DNA from: Glaucostegus cemiculus
Lineage: Eukaryota
Direction of reading: 5' to 3'
DNA length: 64,000 nt
NCBI GenBank assembly: GCA_976551045.1
Contig: CDPCPM010000017.1
Span: forward strand, 372,001-436,000
Positions 24,523 to 35,223 of this stretch are shown here, in pieces. Numbering within the stretch: the stretch's first letter is position 1; each line of letters starts with the position of its first letter. The position numbers were made by a program, and so were the translations under genes. The notes below the pieces were generated by a model. That model worked only from the letters and a program-made list of their open reading frames with translations, did not search any database and was not told the origin of the DNA.

Positions 24523-24689
24523 GGACGTTTTGCTAGTAATTCTATCCATGTTACTTGACGTAGAGAACAGCAGCACAAAACGGTTCTCCAGACCCTGCGG
24601 GAATATTTCATATTGGCCTGCTTTCTCCAGAATGGAAAAACGCTTAAGGCAAGTCTTGTGGCTGCTGGAGGTCTGAAAAAAAGAACAGA

Positions 24690-25970
24690 GAGAACTTTAA
24701 ATCTGGCAGCACTTGTGGAATAAGAAACAGAGTGGATGCTTCAGGTCGATGACCTTTCCTCAGAACTGGGAGCAGTGAGAGATGAAACCGGTTTTAAGAT
24801 GCAAAGAACTTGGGCAGGAAGGAGAGAACAAAAGGAGACACTTGTGATGAGGCGATTTATTGAAAAAAGGAATAAAAATGTAAGGAGAATATAAGGGGCA
24901 AAACTTCACTCTGGAGCAGTAAAATGGGAGAAGCAGAATAATGGGCGGCACGATAGTGTAGCGGTTAGCGCGACGCTGTTACAGCGCCAGCGATCGGGGT
25001 TCGATTCCCTTCACTGACTATAAGGAGTTTGTACGTTCTCCTGTGTCTGCGTGGGTTTCCTCCGGGTGCTCCGGTTTCCTCCCACATTGTAAAATACGTA
25101 CGGGTAGGTTAATTTGGGGGTTTAAAATGGGCTGCGTAGACTCGTTGGGCCAAAAGGGCCTGTTACCACGCTGTAAATAAAAAAAAATTATCTGAAAAAA
25201 ATGAACAGAAATCTAAAACTGTGTTGTGTTTTCAAGGCTATTACGAGCACTGTTGGAGGTGAGATGTGTCTCAAGTTTACATTGAGATCGATTTGAATAG
25301 GGCAGGGAGGCAAGGACACAGAGGTCAGAGTGGGAGTAGGGTGAAGAATTAAAATGACAGATGACTGGAAAGTCAGGGTTGCCCTTGTGGGCTGAATGGA
25401 GGTATTCTGCAAAGTGGTCACTCATCCTCTTGGAACAGTAAATGCAGCACACTAAAATGTAAGGAATACAAGTAATTTGCTGCTCCACCAGGAGATTGTG
25501 TTAGGGGACCTGGAGGTGGAAAAGGAGAATGTCAGTGGCCTTGTTTTGAATCTCCTGGTGCCAGAGAAAGCAAAGTGAGTATTGGAAGAGCTGGACCCAT
25601 GTCTGGGATGGAATGGTCCCTCTGAATGCTGAAGAGTGGAGAGGGGAAGATGGCATCATGATGGAGATACTGGAAATGAAGAGGATGACCTGATGAATGA
25701 TGTGGAGGTTGGAAGGATGGAAGGCAATGACAAGGGGTACCCTCTCCTGGTTCAGGGCAGGAAGAGAAAGGATGCGAGCCAAAGTGCAGGGAATATAATG
25801 GGTACAATGGAGAATCCTGTTGTCTACAATGGAGGGGTATCCACTCTTGAGCAAAAAGGAATTTTACGTGGAAGCATACTTTTGGAAGGTGGTATTGCTA
25901 GAAGAGATCCAATAGAGTTGGAGAATGTGATGGGGTACTTAAAGGCAGGGTGGGATAAAGTGGCCTTTTG
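24690..25970 (-). mobile_element. Penelope-like element remnant (post-RT linker, GIY-YIG C-terminus, 3' terminus with hammerhead motif), split by a SINE
   Basis: ERVPLVIAFHPSNLHI (ORF 25501-25854); DHFAEYL..PDFPVICHFNSSPYSHSDLCVL..CKLE (ORF 25213-25488); minus 24768-24731 reads CAGTT-CTGAGGA-A-AGGTC-ATC-GACCT-GAAG-CATC. Confidence 0.85.
24943..25187 (+). mobile_element. Young full-length tRNA-derived V-SINE with CR1-like tail
   Basis: A box TAGTGTAGCGG, B box GGTTCGATTCC (24998-25008), V-domain gcgtgggtttcctccgggtgctccggtttcctcccaca, tail gggccaaaagggcctgtt..ctgta plus poly(A); CpGs intact. Confidence 0.9.
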
Positions 25971-26119
25971 ATGGATAATGTTAGTTTGCTTTTCCACTGA
26001 AGGGGAGATCATGAGGCTGTGTCTTTAGGGTCCTTTTGCTTCCTACACTTTAAGTAAAGTGTTCCCGGTCAGAGGCAGGTCTGAGGTGAGTGAATCACTT
26101 TTGCATGGTCCTGGACTGG

Positions 26120-27640
26120 CTACAGAGTCATAGAGTTATACAGCGTGGAAACAGGCCCTTCGGTCCAACTCATCTATGCCAATCAAGTTGTCTGCCCGAG
26201 CTATTCACATTTGCCTGCGTTTGGCCCATATCCCTCTAAACCATTCCCCTACATGTACCTGTCTAAATGTTTTTTAAGCTTTATAATTGCACCCACCCCT
26301 ACAACTTCCTCTGGCAGCTCGTTCCATGTACCCAACACCCTATCTGTGGAAAAACTTGCCCTTTAGGTCCCCTTTAACTTTTTCCCCTCTCACAAACCTA
26401 TCCCCTACTTGGGGATAAAAACAAGACTGTTACCATTCACCTTATCCATGCCCCTCATGATTTTATATATCTCTAAAAGGCCACCCCTTAGCCTCCTATA
26501 TTATTGGGGAAAAAGTCCCAGTCTATCCAACCTCTCCTTCTAAATCAACCTCTCCAGTCCTGGTAACAACCTCATGAATCCTTTCCACCTTAATAACATC
26601 TTTCTGGCAGCTGAGCAACTAGAACTGCACACAATACTCCAACTGTAGTCTCACCAATGACTTGTACAGTTGCAGCATGGCATCCCAACTCCTGTACTCA
26701 GTACCCTGACCAATGAAGGCAAGCATGCCAAATGCCTTCTTCACCACCCTGTCTACCTATGTCTCCACTTTCATAGGTCTCTCTGTTCTCGGCCCCGCCA
26801 TTTACTGTGTAAGTCCTTCTCTGGTTTAACTTACCAAAGTGCAACACCTCACCCTCGTCTGAGTTAAATTCCACCTGCCATTCTTTGACCCACTTCCCCA
26901 GTTGGTCTAGATCCCATTGTAATCTTGGATAACCCTCTTCAATGTCCACCATACCACCAATTTTGGTGTCAGCCACACACTTTCCAACCATGCTAATTAC
27001 ATTCTCACCCAAATCGTCAATATAAACGATGAAGAACAGTGGGCCCAGCACTGATCCTTACGGCACACACCATTGGTCAGAGGCCTCCAATTTGAAAAAC
27101 AATCCTCCACCCCTGTGCTACAAACCTCTGACTCCTTCCACCTAAACAATCTTGTATCCAGTGGCTAGCTCACTCTGATCTAATCTTCCAGACTAGCCTA
27201 CTATGCTGTACTTTGTCAAATGCCTTCCTGAAGTCTTGTTGACAACATCCACTGCCCTGCTTTTGTCAATCCTCTTCATCACCTCTTCAAAAAACTCAAA
27301 TTTGTGAGACACGATTTCCCAAGTACAAAGCCACGTTGACTATTACTGTCATTCCTTGCCCTTCCAAATGCTGGTAGATTCTGTCCCTCAGGATTCCCTC
27401 CAGTAACGTACCCACCACTGATGTTCGGCTCATTGGCCTTAGTTCCCTGACTTGTCCATTCAACCCTTTTTAAATAAAGGCACAACATTTACCACCCTCT
27501 AGTCTTCCAGTACCTCACCCGTCACTAAAGATGATGCAAATATCTCTGCTGAGGCCCCTGTAATTTCTTCCCTCGCTTCCCACAATGTCCTGGGATACAT
27601 TTATTCAGGCCCTGGGGATTTATTCACCTTACTCTGCTTT
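26120..27640 (-). mobile_element. CR1 LINE RT domain to 3' end (decayed)
   Basis: SQRGFVLGKSCLTNL (ORF 27279-27488); LGPLFFIVYIDDL..VADTKIGG..WQVEFN (ORF 26698-27051). Confidence 0.9.
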
Positions 27641-27819
27641 AAGACCATCTGGAGGTTCTGTCAAACACCAGAGGCCCAAAACATTCAAGGACCAATGGGC
27701 CAAACTTCATGGGAAAAAAGATAATAAAACAGCAAGAGCAACCAGTGTTATAACAACAAATATTCTATCCACTCCTTGTTTTCATTTATTCTTTCACTCT
27801 GATTTTGTGCATTATTTAT

Positions 27820-28557
27820 CACAAGATCACAAGATCACAAGACAATGGAGCAGAAGCAGGCCAGTCGGCCCATCGAGTCTGCTCCAAAGGGAAGGGAAGG
27901 TGGGGGGGGGGGGAAAGAAAAAAAAAAACAAAAAAAAAACCCACCTACTATTCTAAGTCCAAATCCCTGCCTTATCTCCATATCCCCTGATACCTTGACC
28001 AATTAGATATCTATCTATTTCCTTCTTGAATATCCCCAATGATCTGGCTTCCACTGCTCTCTGTGGTAAGGAGTTCCACAGGTTCACCACCCTCTGGCTA
28101 AAGAAATTCCTCCTTATCTCTGTTATGAACCTGCTTCTTCTAATTCTAAGTTTGTGTCCTCTAGTCCTGGATTCCCCCACCAAGGGAAACAGCTTGACCA
28201 CATTCACTTGGTCCATTCCTTTCAACATCCTGTACGTTTCTATTAGGTCCCCTCTCATTCTTCTGTACTCCAACGAGTACAGTCCAAGTGACGACAGTCG
28301 CTCGTCATATGTAAACTTTTTCATCCCAGGAATCATCCTAGTAAATCTCCTCTGAACCCTCTCCAACATCAGCACATCCTTCCTAAGGTATGGGGCCCAA
28401 AACTGCACACAGTACTCCAAGTGAGGCCTCACCAGTGCCCCATATAGCCTCATCAACACTTCCTTGCTTTTATATACTATACCCCTCGAAATAAATGCCA
28501 ACATAGCATTCGCTTTCCTTACTGCCGATCCAACCTGGCGGGTATCATTTATGGTAT
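27820..28557 (-). mobile_element. Young 5'-truncated CR1 LINE with open ORF2 C-terminus and 10-bp TSD
   Basis: ORF 27953-28594 [43 protein letters not shown]; (ATCTTGTG)-type tandem tail; CATTATTTAT at 27810-27819 and 28558-28567. Confidence 0.92.
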
Positions 28558-28689
28558 CATTATTTATGATATCACTGTTTGCTAGATTGTGCAATGTCTT
28601 ATATTTGGGCTGGCATGTTTTGACTAATTTTTAGTCCCAAACCATCCCTACCTCCTGACACCTTAAACATTTCCACTGCCCCAAAGGCA

Positions 28690-29140
28690 CATCAGGAGTG
28701 TGATCGAATATTCTTCACTTTACTGGATAGGTACAGCTCCAACAAAGCTCTGAATCATTCAGGACAAAGCAGGCTGCTTGGTGAGCACCCCAGTCACTAC
28801 CTAAACATTCATTCCTTTCACCCCCACCAGAAAATACACTGTGGTCATATGCCTGGGCTGCTCTGACTGCACCTCCTGAATCATGCCCTTTAACACCAAG
28901 AAGGAGAAGGGCAATGGGGACACCACCACCTGTAGGTTCCCCTCCATCCTGTTTTGGAAATATATCACAGGTGCCACATTGCTGGGTCTAATCCGAGAAA
29001 CGCCCTGCCTAGCAGCACGACGGCAACACCTTCACCAGAAGGACCACAGCTGTCATGAAGACAGCTCACCACCATTTTCTCAAGGGGAATTAGTGCAAGA
29101 CACGTTGGCCTTGGTAATAACTCCAACATCCCCAAAACAC
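28690..29140 (+). mobile_element. Ancient jockey/CR1-group LINE 3' fragment
   Basis: atcaggagtgtgatcgaatattcttca..caggacaaagcaggctgcttg resembles the RSVMEYS..IQDKAA C-terminus of this LINE group; gcagctcaccacca-like tail. Confidence 0.6.
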
Positions 29141-29259
29141 TAAGTTAAAAGGTATTACCTGCAGAACCAGAACAACTCTGCATAGAGTTATAAATCTTAT
29201 CTGTAAACAATTAATAGCTGAAATAGGCACTCAGTTGTAAAAAAATGTCTCCAATGTCC

Positions 29260-29700
29260 CAGGTGCTCCCCGTGAGATGGGCATTAAACCATGTTTAATC
29301 TCTCAGGTGGGTGTAAGGTATTTGATAGCATGATTTTGAAGAAAGTGGTTGAGACAGACACTCTCACAACTCTATAGAGTATCTGTACAAGCACTTGAAT
29401 CGCCAAGGCATAGGTGGCCATGGACCAAGTGCTGGTATGGGATTAGTGTAGATGGGTACTTGAACATCAGCATACACATGGTGGGCCAATGAACATGTTT
29501 CTGACCTAGATGACTCTCTATGACTTCCCCTATGATTCTAAGAGCAGGAGTATCTTAGAAAGTGATAACGATACAACCTCCCTGTTGTTTGTGGCATTTG
29601 TTGAGTAAAAGTGGGCTTCAAAACTTGGCTGGCTGCAAGTCTGCATGAGGTTTCCTTAGACTGTGAAAGCTACTATGTAAATGTGATCTTTCCTTTGAGT
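29260..29700 (+). mobile_element. Decayed Deu-domain SINE interrupted by a CR1 tail (~29344-29520)
   Basis: ctctcaggtgg..tttgaagaa|..|agagcagg..tgtttgtgg..gtgaaagctactatgtaaatg. Confidence 0.55.
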
Positions 29701-30061
29701 GTGAAAAGTATACCCTATCTCAGGGCTGCCCCTCATTCACATGTTAGCTGCAGTCTTAGAAGCTAGTTTGCAAATTTGGGAACTCAAAGGAGGAAATTAA
29801 AATTGAAATAAAAAAATTTTGACCTGTGAAGTTGGAAGATTTATATGTGTGGATGGTTGATATGATGTGTAAGGCCTCGGCAGAAACACTGATGGAAATA
29901 GAACTGTTAATAGCTTTTGAAAAAGGGAGATAGATAAATATTTGAAAAGGGGAAATGCATAATGCAAAGGTTTGGTAGATGGGAACAGCTTTTACTGAGG
30001 TCCAAGTCCAGTTTGATTTTAGGATAAGCTCACAGTGCTGAGACATGCTATGGGTACGATG

Positions 30062-30275
30062 CATAGACAATAGACAATAGACAATAGACAATAGGAGCAG
30101 AAGTAGACCTCTCGGCCCTTCGAGTCTGCTCCGCCATTTTGAGATCATGGCTGATCATCTACTCTCAATAACCTGTTCCTGCCTTGTCCCCATATCCCCT
30201 GATTCCCCTATCTATAAGAAACCTATCTAACTCTTCCTTGAAAGTGCCCAGTGTATTGGCCTCCACTGCCCTCTG
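30062..30275 (-). mobile_element. CR1 3' end with (CAATAGA)n tail
   Basis: Tandem tail followed by ggagcagaagtagacc..cggcccttcgagtctgctccgccatt. Confidence 0.8.
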
Positions 30276-30379
30276 AATAGCCAGCAATTACTCCAGAAAA
30301 CTGAGCATACACCACATTATCACATTTCTCACAAGCTTATCCTTAAACTTTAGCGGATTTTCAAGTACGGCAACAAAGG

Positions 30380-32000
30380 AGTCCAAAATTAGAAGTTAGC
30401 TAGAGGAATCTCATTATTTAAGAAAGGAGGGAGGGAGAAAACATGGAACTATGGAATAACTCTCCTAACATCAGAATTAGGGAAAAAGCTGGAATCTATA
30501 ATTAAGAAGGTGGACAAAGGGCACTTAGAAACAATAGCTGGACAAAGACTTTTTTTTAAAAGGGATCTCATTTTTGACAAATTTGCTGGTAGTTCTTGAG
30601 GTTATAACAAGCAGAATAGATTGGGTATTTGGACTTTCAGAAGGCACTGTACAAGGGATCATTAAACAAAATTAAATTTCATGGTTTTGGAGATAACATA
30701 ATCATGCAGATTGATGGTTGGTTAACAGACACAGAAAAACAGGGATTACTTCAATTTTGGGGTGGGAGGTTGTAAACAGTGAGCACTGCAGAAACCGGTG
30801 TGGATTATTTTGAGGAGAGCATCAAGTGCAATGTATCTAAGTTTGCTAATGAATCAAAACAAATGGATGCAATCACGAAGAAGGCACACCAGTGGCTCTT
30901 CTTCATTCAGAGTTTGAGGAGATTTGGTGTATCATCAAAGACTCTTGCAAATTTTTATAGATATATGGTGGAGAGTATTCTGACTGGTTGCATCACTGCC
31001 TGGTACGGAGCCTCTAATGTGCAGGATCAAAAGAGGCTGCAGGGGGTTGTAGACTCAGCCAGCTCTATCACAGGAACAACTTTCTGTGCCATTTAGGACA
31101 TTTTCAAGAGATGGTGCCTCAAGAAGGTGGCATCCATCATTAAAGGCCCTCACCACACGGAACATGCCCCCTTCACGTCACTATCATCGGGGAGGAGGTA
31201 CAGGAGCCTGAAGACCCACACTCAATGTTTCAGGAACAGCTTCTTCCCCTCCACCGTCAAATGTCTGAATGGTCCATGAACCCATGAACAGTACACATCA
31301 TTATTCCTCTTTTGCACTATTTATTTAATTTTGTAATTTTTATGTCTTGCACTGTATTGCTCCAGCAAACAGCAAATCTCACAACATATGTCAGTAATAA
31401 TAAACTGGATTCTGATTCTCAGTGGCAGTGTGCACTTTGAGGAGAATGCAGAGAGTTTTCAGATTGAGAGAAAGAAGTTAAATGAATGGCAGATAAAAAT
31501 AATAATGTGGAAAAATATCAGGTCATCTACTTTGGTAGGAGAAATAGAAAGACAATGTCATTTTTTTAAAATAGTGAGAGATTGAAATATTTTGGTATTC
31601 AAAGTGATTTGAGTATCCTTAAACACAAATTACTTAACGTGCAGGTACAGCAAACAATTAGGAAGGGAAATGAAACATTGCTCTTTATTGCCAGAGGGTT
31701 TGAGTACAAAGTATGGCTGCCTTGTTCCAACTATGTAGGAGGTGACAAGTTATTATCATTTGAGATACCACATCAGAAAGTATTATTTATTCTGATCCCT
31801 CCAAAGAAGGATATAATTGCAATAGAGGGAATGTAGCAAAGGTATACTAGATTAATTCCTGGAATGTAGGTTAGTAATGTGGAGAAATTGTTCATTGACA
31901 TGTAAAAAATTCTAACAGGGGTTGATAAGATATATGCAGGGATGCTGTTTCCCTTGGCTAGAGTGTAAATCTGGGAATAGGACAGCATACATATCAAGTT
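30380..32000 (+). mobile_element. Old CR1 RT fragment interrupted by a Rex1/Babar fragment (~30860-31418)
   Basis: CR1 ttggactttcagaaggc (LDFQKA) and SKFA, then the insert KKAHQWLFFIQSLRRFG..VESILTGCITAWYG ending aataaac..tctgattct; the CR1 then resumes. Confidence 0.8.
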
Positions 32001-32319
32001 CTACCTTATGGAGTAAAATCCTGTGATTTGTTGGATTCATAGATATAGAGGCAAATGAAGCACTTCTTGAATCACAAGATCACGAGACAAAGGAGCAGAA
32101 GTAGGGCATTCGGCCCATCGAGTCTGCTCCACCACTTCACCATGAGCTAACTGGTAACATTCTAGACTCAGAGGACTATGGAGGGAATTCAGAGATAATA
32201 ACTAGAATTTTGTTTTGCTACAAGTTTGCGTTTATAATACAAAATAAAATCAAGTTATGTTGTGTTCTCCTTTTCAAGACAAGATGTGCTCAGGAACCCT
32301 AACTGTTAATGCAGATATT

Positions 32320-32670
32320 TTCACAGAAAGGAAAAGAATGTGAATGCATTCAGTCTTTTTCCCAGAGTTGGGGAATCAAGAACTAGAGGGCACAGATTTA
32401 AGATGAGAGGGGAAAGATTTAACAGGAGCTTGAGGGGCAACTTTTTTTATACAAAGGTTGGTATCCATGTGGAATCAGCTGCCAGAGGAAGTGGTTGAGG
32501 CAGGTACAATAACAACTTTTAAAAGGGGCTTGGATTGGTCCATGAATTAAAAGGTTATATACCAAACCCTGACAAATGGGACTAGCTTGGACGGGCATCT
32601 TGGTCGGCATGGACCAGTTGGGCTGAAGGGCCTGTTTCCGTGTATAACTCTTTGACTCCATGACTCTAAT
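32320..32670 (+). mobile_element. CR1 LINE 3' end
   Basis: aactagagggcacagatttaag..gggctgaagggcctgtttcc. Confidence 0.8.
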
Positions 32671-32799
32671 CAGCCATGAAATTGCTTGATTGGTCAGTCA
32701 ATAGTCGAGAGGAACAAAAATACATCACTGCTTCCTCTTGAAGGAGAGGACTAAAGCTTCTTCTTCAAGTTCAGCAAGCAGTCAAGGAGGCAAATGGAT

Positions 32800-33285
32800 C
32801 CAGATGCATCACAGCTTGGTACGGCAACTGCTCTGCCCAAGAAATTGCAGGGTTGTGAACACAGCCCAATCCATCGTGCAAACCAGCCTCCCCTCCACTG
32901 ACTCCATCTACAAGTCCTGCTGCCTCAGGAAAGCAGCCGGCACAATCAAGGGCCCCTCCCAAGAGTCATTCTCTCTTCTCCCCTCTCCCATCAGCAGAAG
33001 GTACAAAAGCTTGAGAACCCATACCACCAGACTGACGACAGCTTCTATCCCACTGTTGTCAGACTCTCATATGCTAAAGGTGAACTCTTGATCGCTCAAT
33101 CTACCTCGTCGTGGCCCTTACACTTTATTGTTTACCTGCACTGCACTTTCTCTGTAACTGTATTCTGCTTTCTGTTTTCCTTTTTACCACCCTGATGTAC
33201 TTATGTATGGGACGATCTGCCTGAATGGGATACAAACAAAAGCTTTTCACTGTATCGCCATACATGTGACAATAATAAACTAATA
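32800..33285 (+). mobile_element. Rex1/Babar LINE 3' fragment
   Basis: RVVNTAQSIVQTSLPSTDSIYKSCCL..RRYKSLRTHTTRL plus tail. Confidence 0.85.
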
Positions 33286-33540
33286 CCAAAGAGGATTTGA
33301 ACACAAGAGTGGGGATGTCCTGCCCCAATTATATGGAGCACTGGTGAAACCTTGCCTGGAATATTTTGTACATACTGTAGAAAGGATATACTTGTGATAG
33401 ATGGAGTTCAGAAAAGGTTTGCCTGTTTGGTTCATGGGCTGGCGGGTTGTGATATGAAGAGAGATTAAGTAGACTAGGTCTGTACTCTTTTCAGTTTAGA
33501 AGAATGAGAGGTGACCTCATTAAAACATTCAAAATTCTGA

Positions 33541-34262
33541 GGCCCAACACAAACTAGAGGAACATCTCATCTTCAGTTTGGGCACTCTACAACCTTCTGG
33601 AATGAACATTGAATTTTTCAAGTTCAAGTCATTTGTTTTTTCACTGTTTCATATTAGGTATCTTTATTAGTCACATGTACATCGAAACACACAGTGAAAT
33701 GCATCTTTTGTGTAGGGTGTTCTGGGGGCAGTCCGCAAGTGTCGCCACACTTCCACACCAACATAGAATGCCCACAACTTCCTAACCTGTATGTCTTTAG
33801 AATGTGGGAGGAAATCGGAGCACCTGGAGGAAACCCACACAGACACGGGGAGAACGTACAAACTCCTTACAGGCAGTGGGCAGAATTGAACCCGGGTCGC
33901 TGACGCTGTAAAGCGTTACACTAACCGTTACACTACCGTGCCTGCCCCACCATCATGCTTATGTCTCTTTCTCACCTCGTTTCTATAAAATGCCTTCTTA
34001 ATAGTCAGTGCTCATGCTTCTTATCACCTGATCTGTTTTAACCAATCTTCATATAACCTTTTGTCTCACACCTCACCCCTCCTGTCAGCTCTGTTTTGAA
34101 AGCTACATCCCTTCCATTCTTCCCCTAGTTCTGAGGAGGAGTCCCTACCAAAAACAGTGATTGGGTTCTCTTCCCACAGAGGCTGCCCGATTGGTTGAGT
34201 TCTTCCAGCGTTCTGTTTCAGACTCCTGTACCTGCAGCTCTGTTTGTTTTCCAAAATTATTT
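33541..34262 (+). mobile_element. Penelope-like 3' fragment inside a CR1 (33285-33540 and 34265-34585), itself interrupted by a SINE
   Basis: AQHKLEEHLIFSLGTLQPSGMNIEF (GIY-YIG C-terminus) at 33542-33617; agttCTGAGGA..ttcccacagaggctgcc..tgagttcttccagc terminus at ~34127-34210. Confidence 0.8.
33655..33948 (-). mobile_element. Full-length V-SINE with Rex1/Babar-like tail
   Basis: Reverse strand has a tRNA head (ggcacggtagtgtaacggttagtg..gggttcaattc), a V-domain and the tail catttcactgtgtgtttcgatgtacatgtgactaataaa. Confidence 0.85.
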
Positions 34263-34978
34263 TTTGGGGGTCTGAGGGTTGAGTTTGCCCTCATGAGACC
34301 ACAGTATAAGAACAAGGGAGTCAGCCACTTGGGGCAGAGATGAGAAAACGTGTCTTCACTCAGAGGTAGTGAACCTTTGGAATTCTCTGCCCAAGATGGA
34401 TGTGAAGGCTCAGTCACTGAGTGCATTCAAGGCACAGATCAATCGATTTTTAGATATAAACTGAATCAAGGGAAATGGCATGGTGCAGAAAAGTGGCACT
34501 GAGGTAAAAGATTAGCCATGATCTTATTGAATGGGGGAGCAAGTATGAGGGGTCAAAGTGGCTACTCCTGCTCCTATTCCTTATGCCAGGACAACACAGA
34601 TACAGGAATGCTCTGGGAAATTCAGAAGAAACTCCTTTACCAAAGGATGGATAAGAATGCCATACTTGCCACTGCAAGGAGTTGTTGATGTAAAAAGCTT
34701 GCATGCATTTTAAGGAAAACCAGATAAGTGCATGAGAGACCAAGGAAGAATAAACCCTGGCACGTGTGGTTAGACAAAATTGTTCAGTTAGGCCAAATGG
34801 TTGTAAACACTATGATTCTACATACTGCTATATAATCCTTCAGCAGAACCTTTCAAAAAGTTCTATGTGGAGCAGCATAAAAGTTTGAAATCTGTGGGCA
34901 GCATTTGAGAATTAGGAGCAATTTTCTTCTTTGCACCCAATCTAATTACGCACCAGCATTAAGTTCTGTTTGTTTGGA

Positions 34979-34992
34979 GTTTCCATGGTAAC
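34979..34992. promoter_or_regulatory. RFX X-box-like palindrome GTTTCCATGGTAAC
   Basis: Matches the GTTNCCATGGNAAC consensus; unique sequence near ATTGGCCAAT. Confidence 0.45.
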
Positions 34993-35148
34993 AGATAGCT
35001 TAGCCCACAGCCTCAGCACTTAATCAACTTAAGAGCTGTTTATTATCTCATACACAACCAAATGTTATTACTTGTAAATATAAACATTGCTCTGGATTGG
35101 CCAATGATCGTTGAATGGTTTAACATAACGCCTTCTCCTGTACTGCGT

Positions 35149-35223
35149 GACTGGTAGTTATCAGTGATTTATAGACTGGCAGTTATCAGTAATTTATAAA
35201 CTAGCAGTTATCAGTGATTTATA
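35149..35223. repeat. 3 x 25-bp tandem repeat (gactggcagttatcagtgatttata)
   Basis: Units at 35149, 35174 and 35199; ends in the perfect palindrome GTGATTTATAAATCAC (35214-35229). Confidence 0.9.

Noticed and set aside
24632-24648. MEKRL matches the KIAA0319L N-terminus as I recall it
   Set aside because: Only five residues match and the following sequence does not.
24943-25015. tRNA-like gene with A and B boxes
   Set aside because: It continues directly into a V-domain, LINE-like tail and poly(A), so it is a SINE head and not a tRNA gene.
35149-35223. CRISPR-like short repeats
   Set aside because: The units are contiguous with no spacers and the context is eukaryotic; it is a minisatellite.
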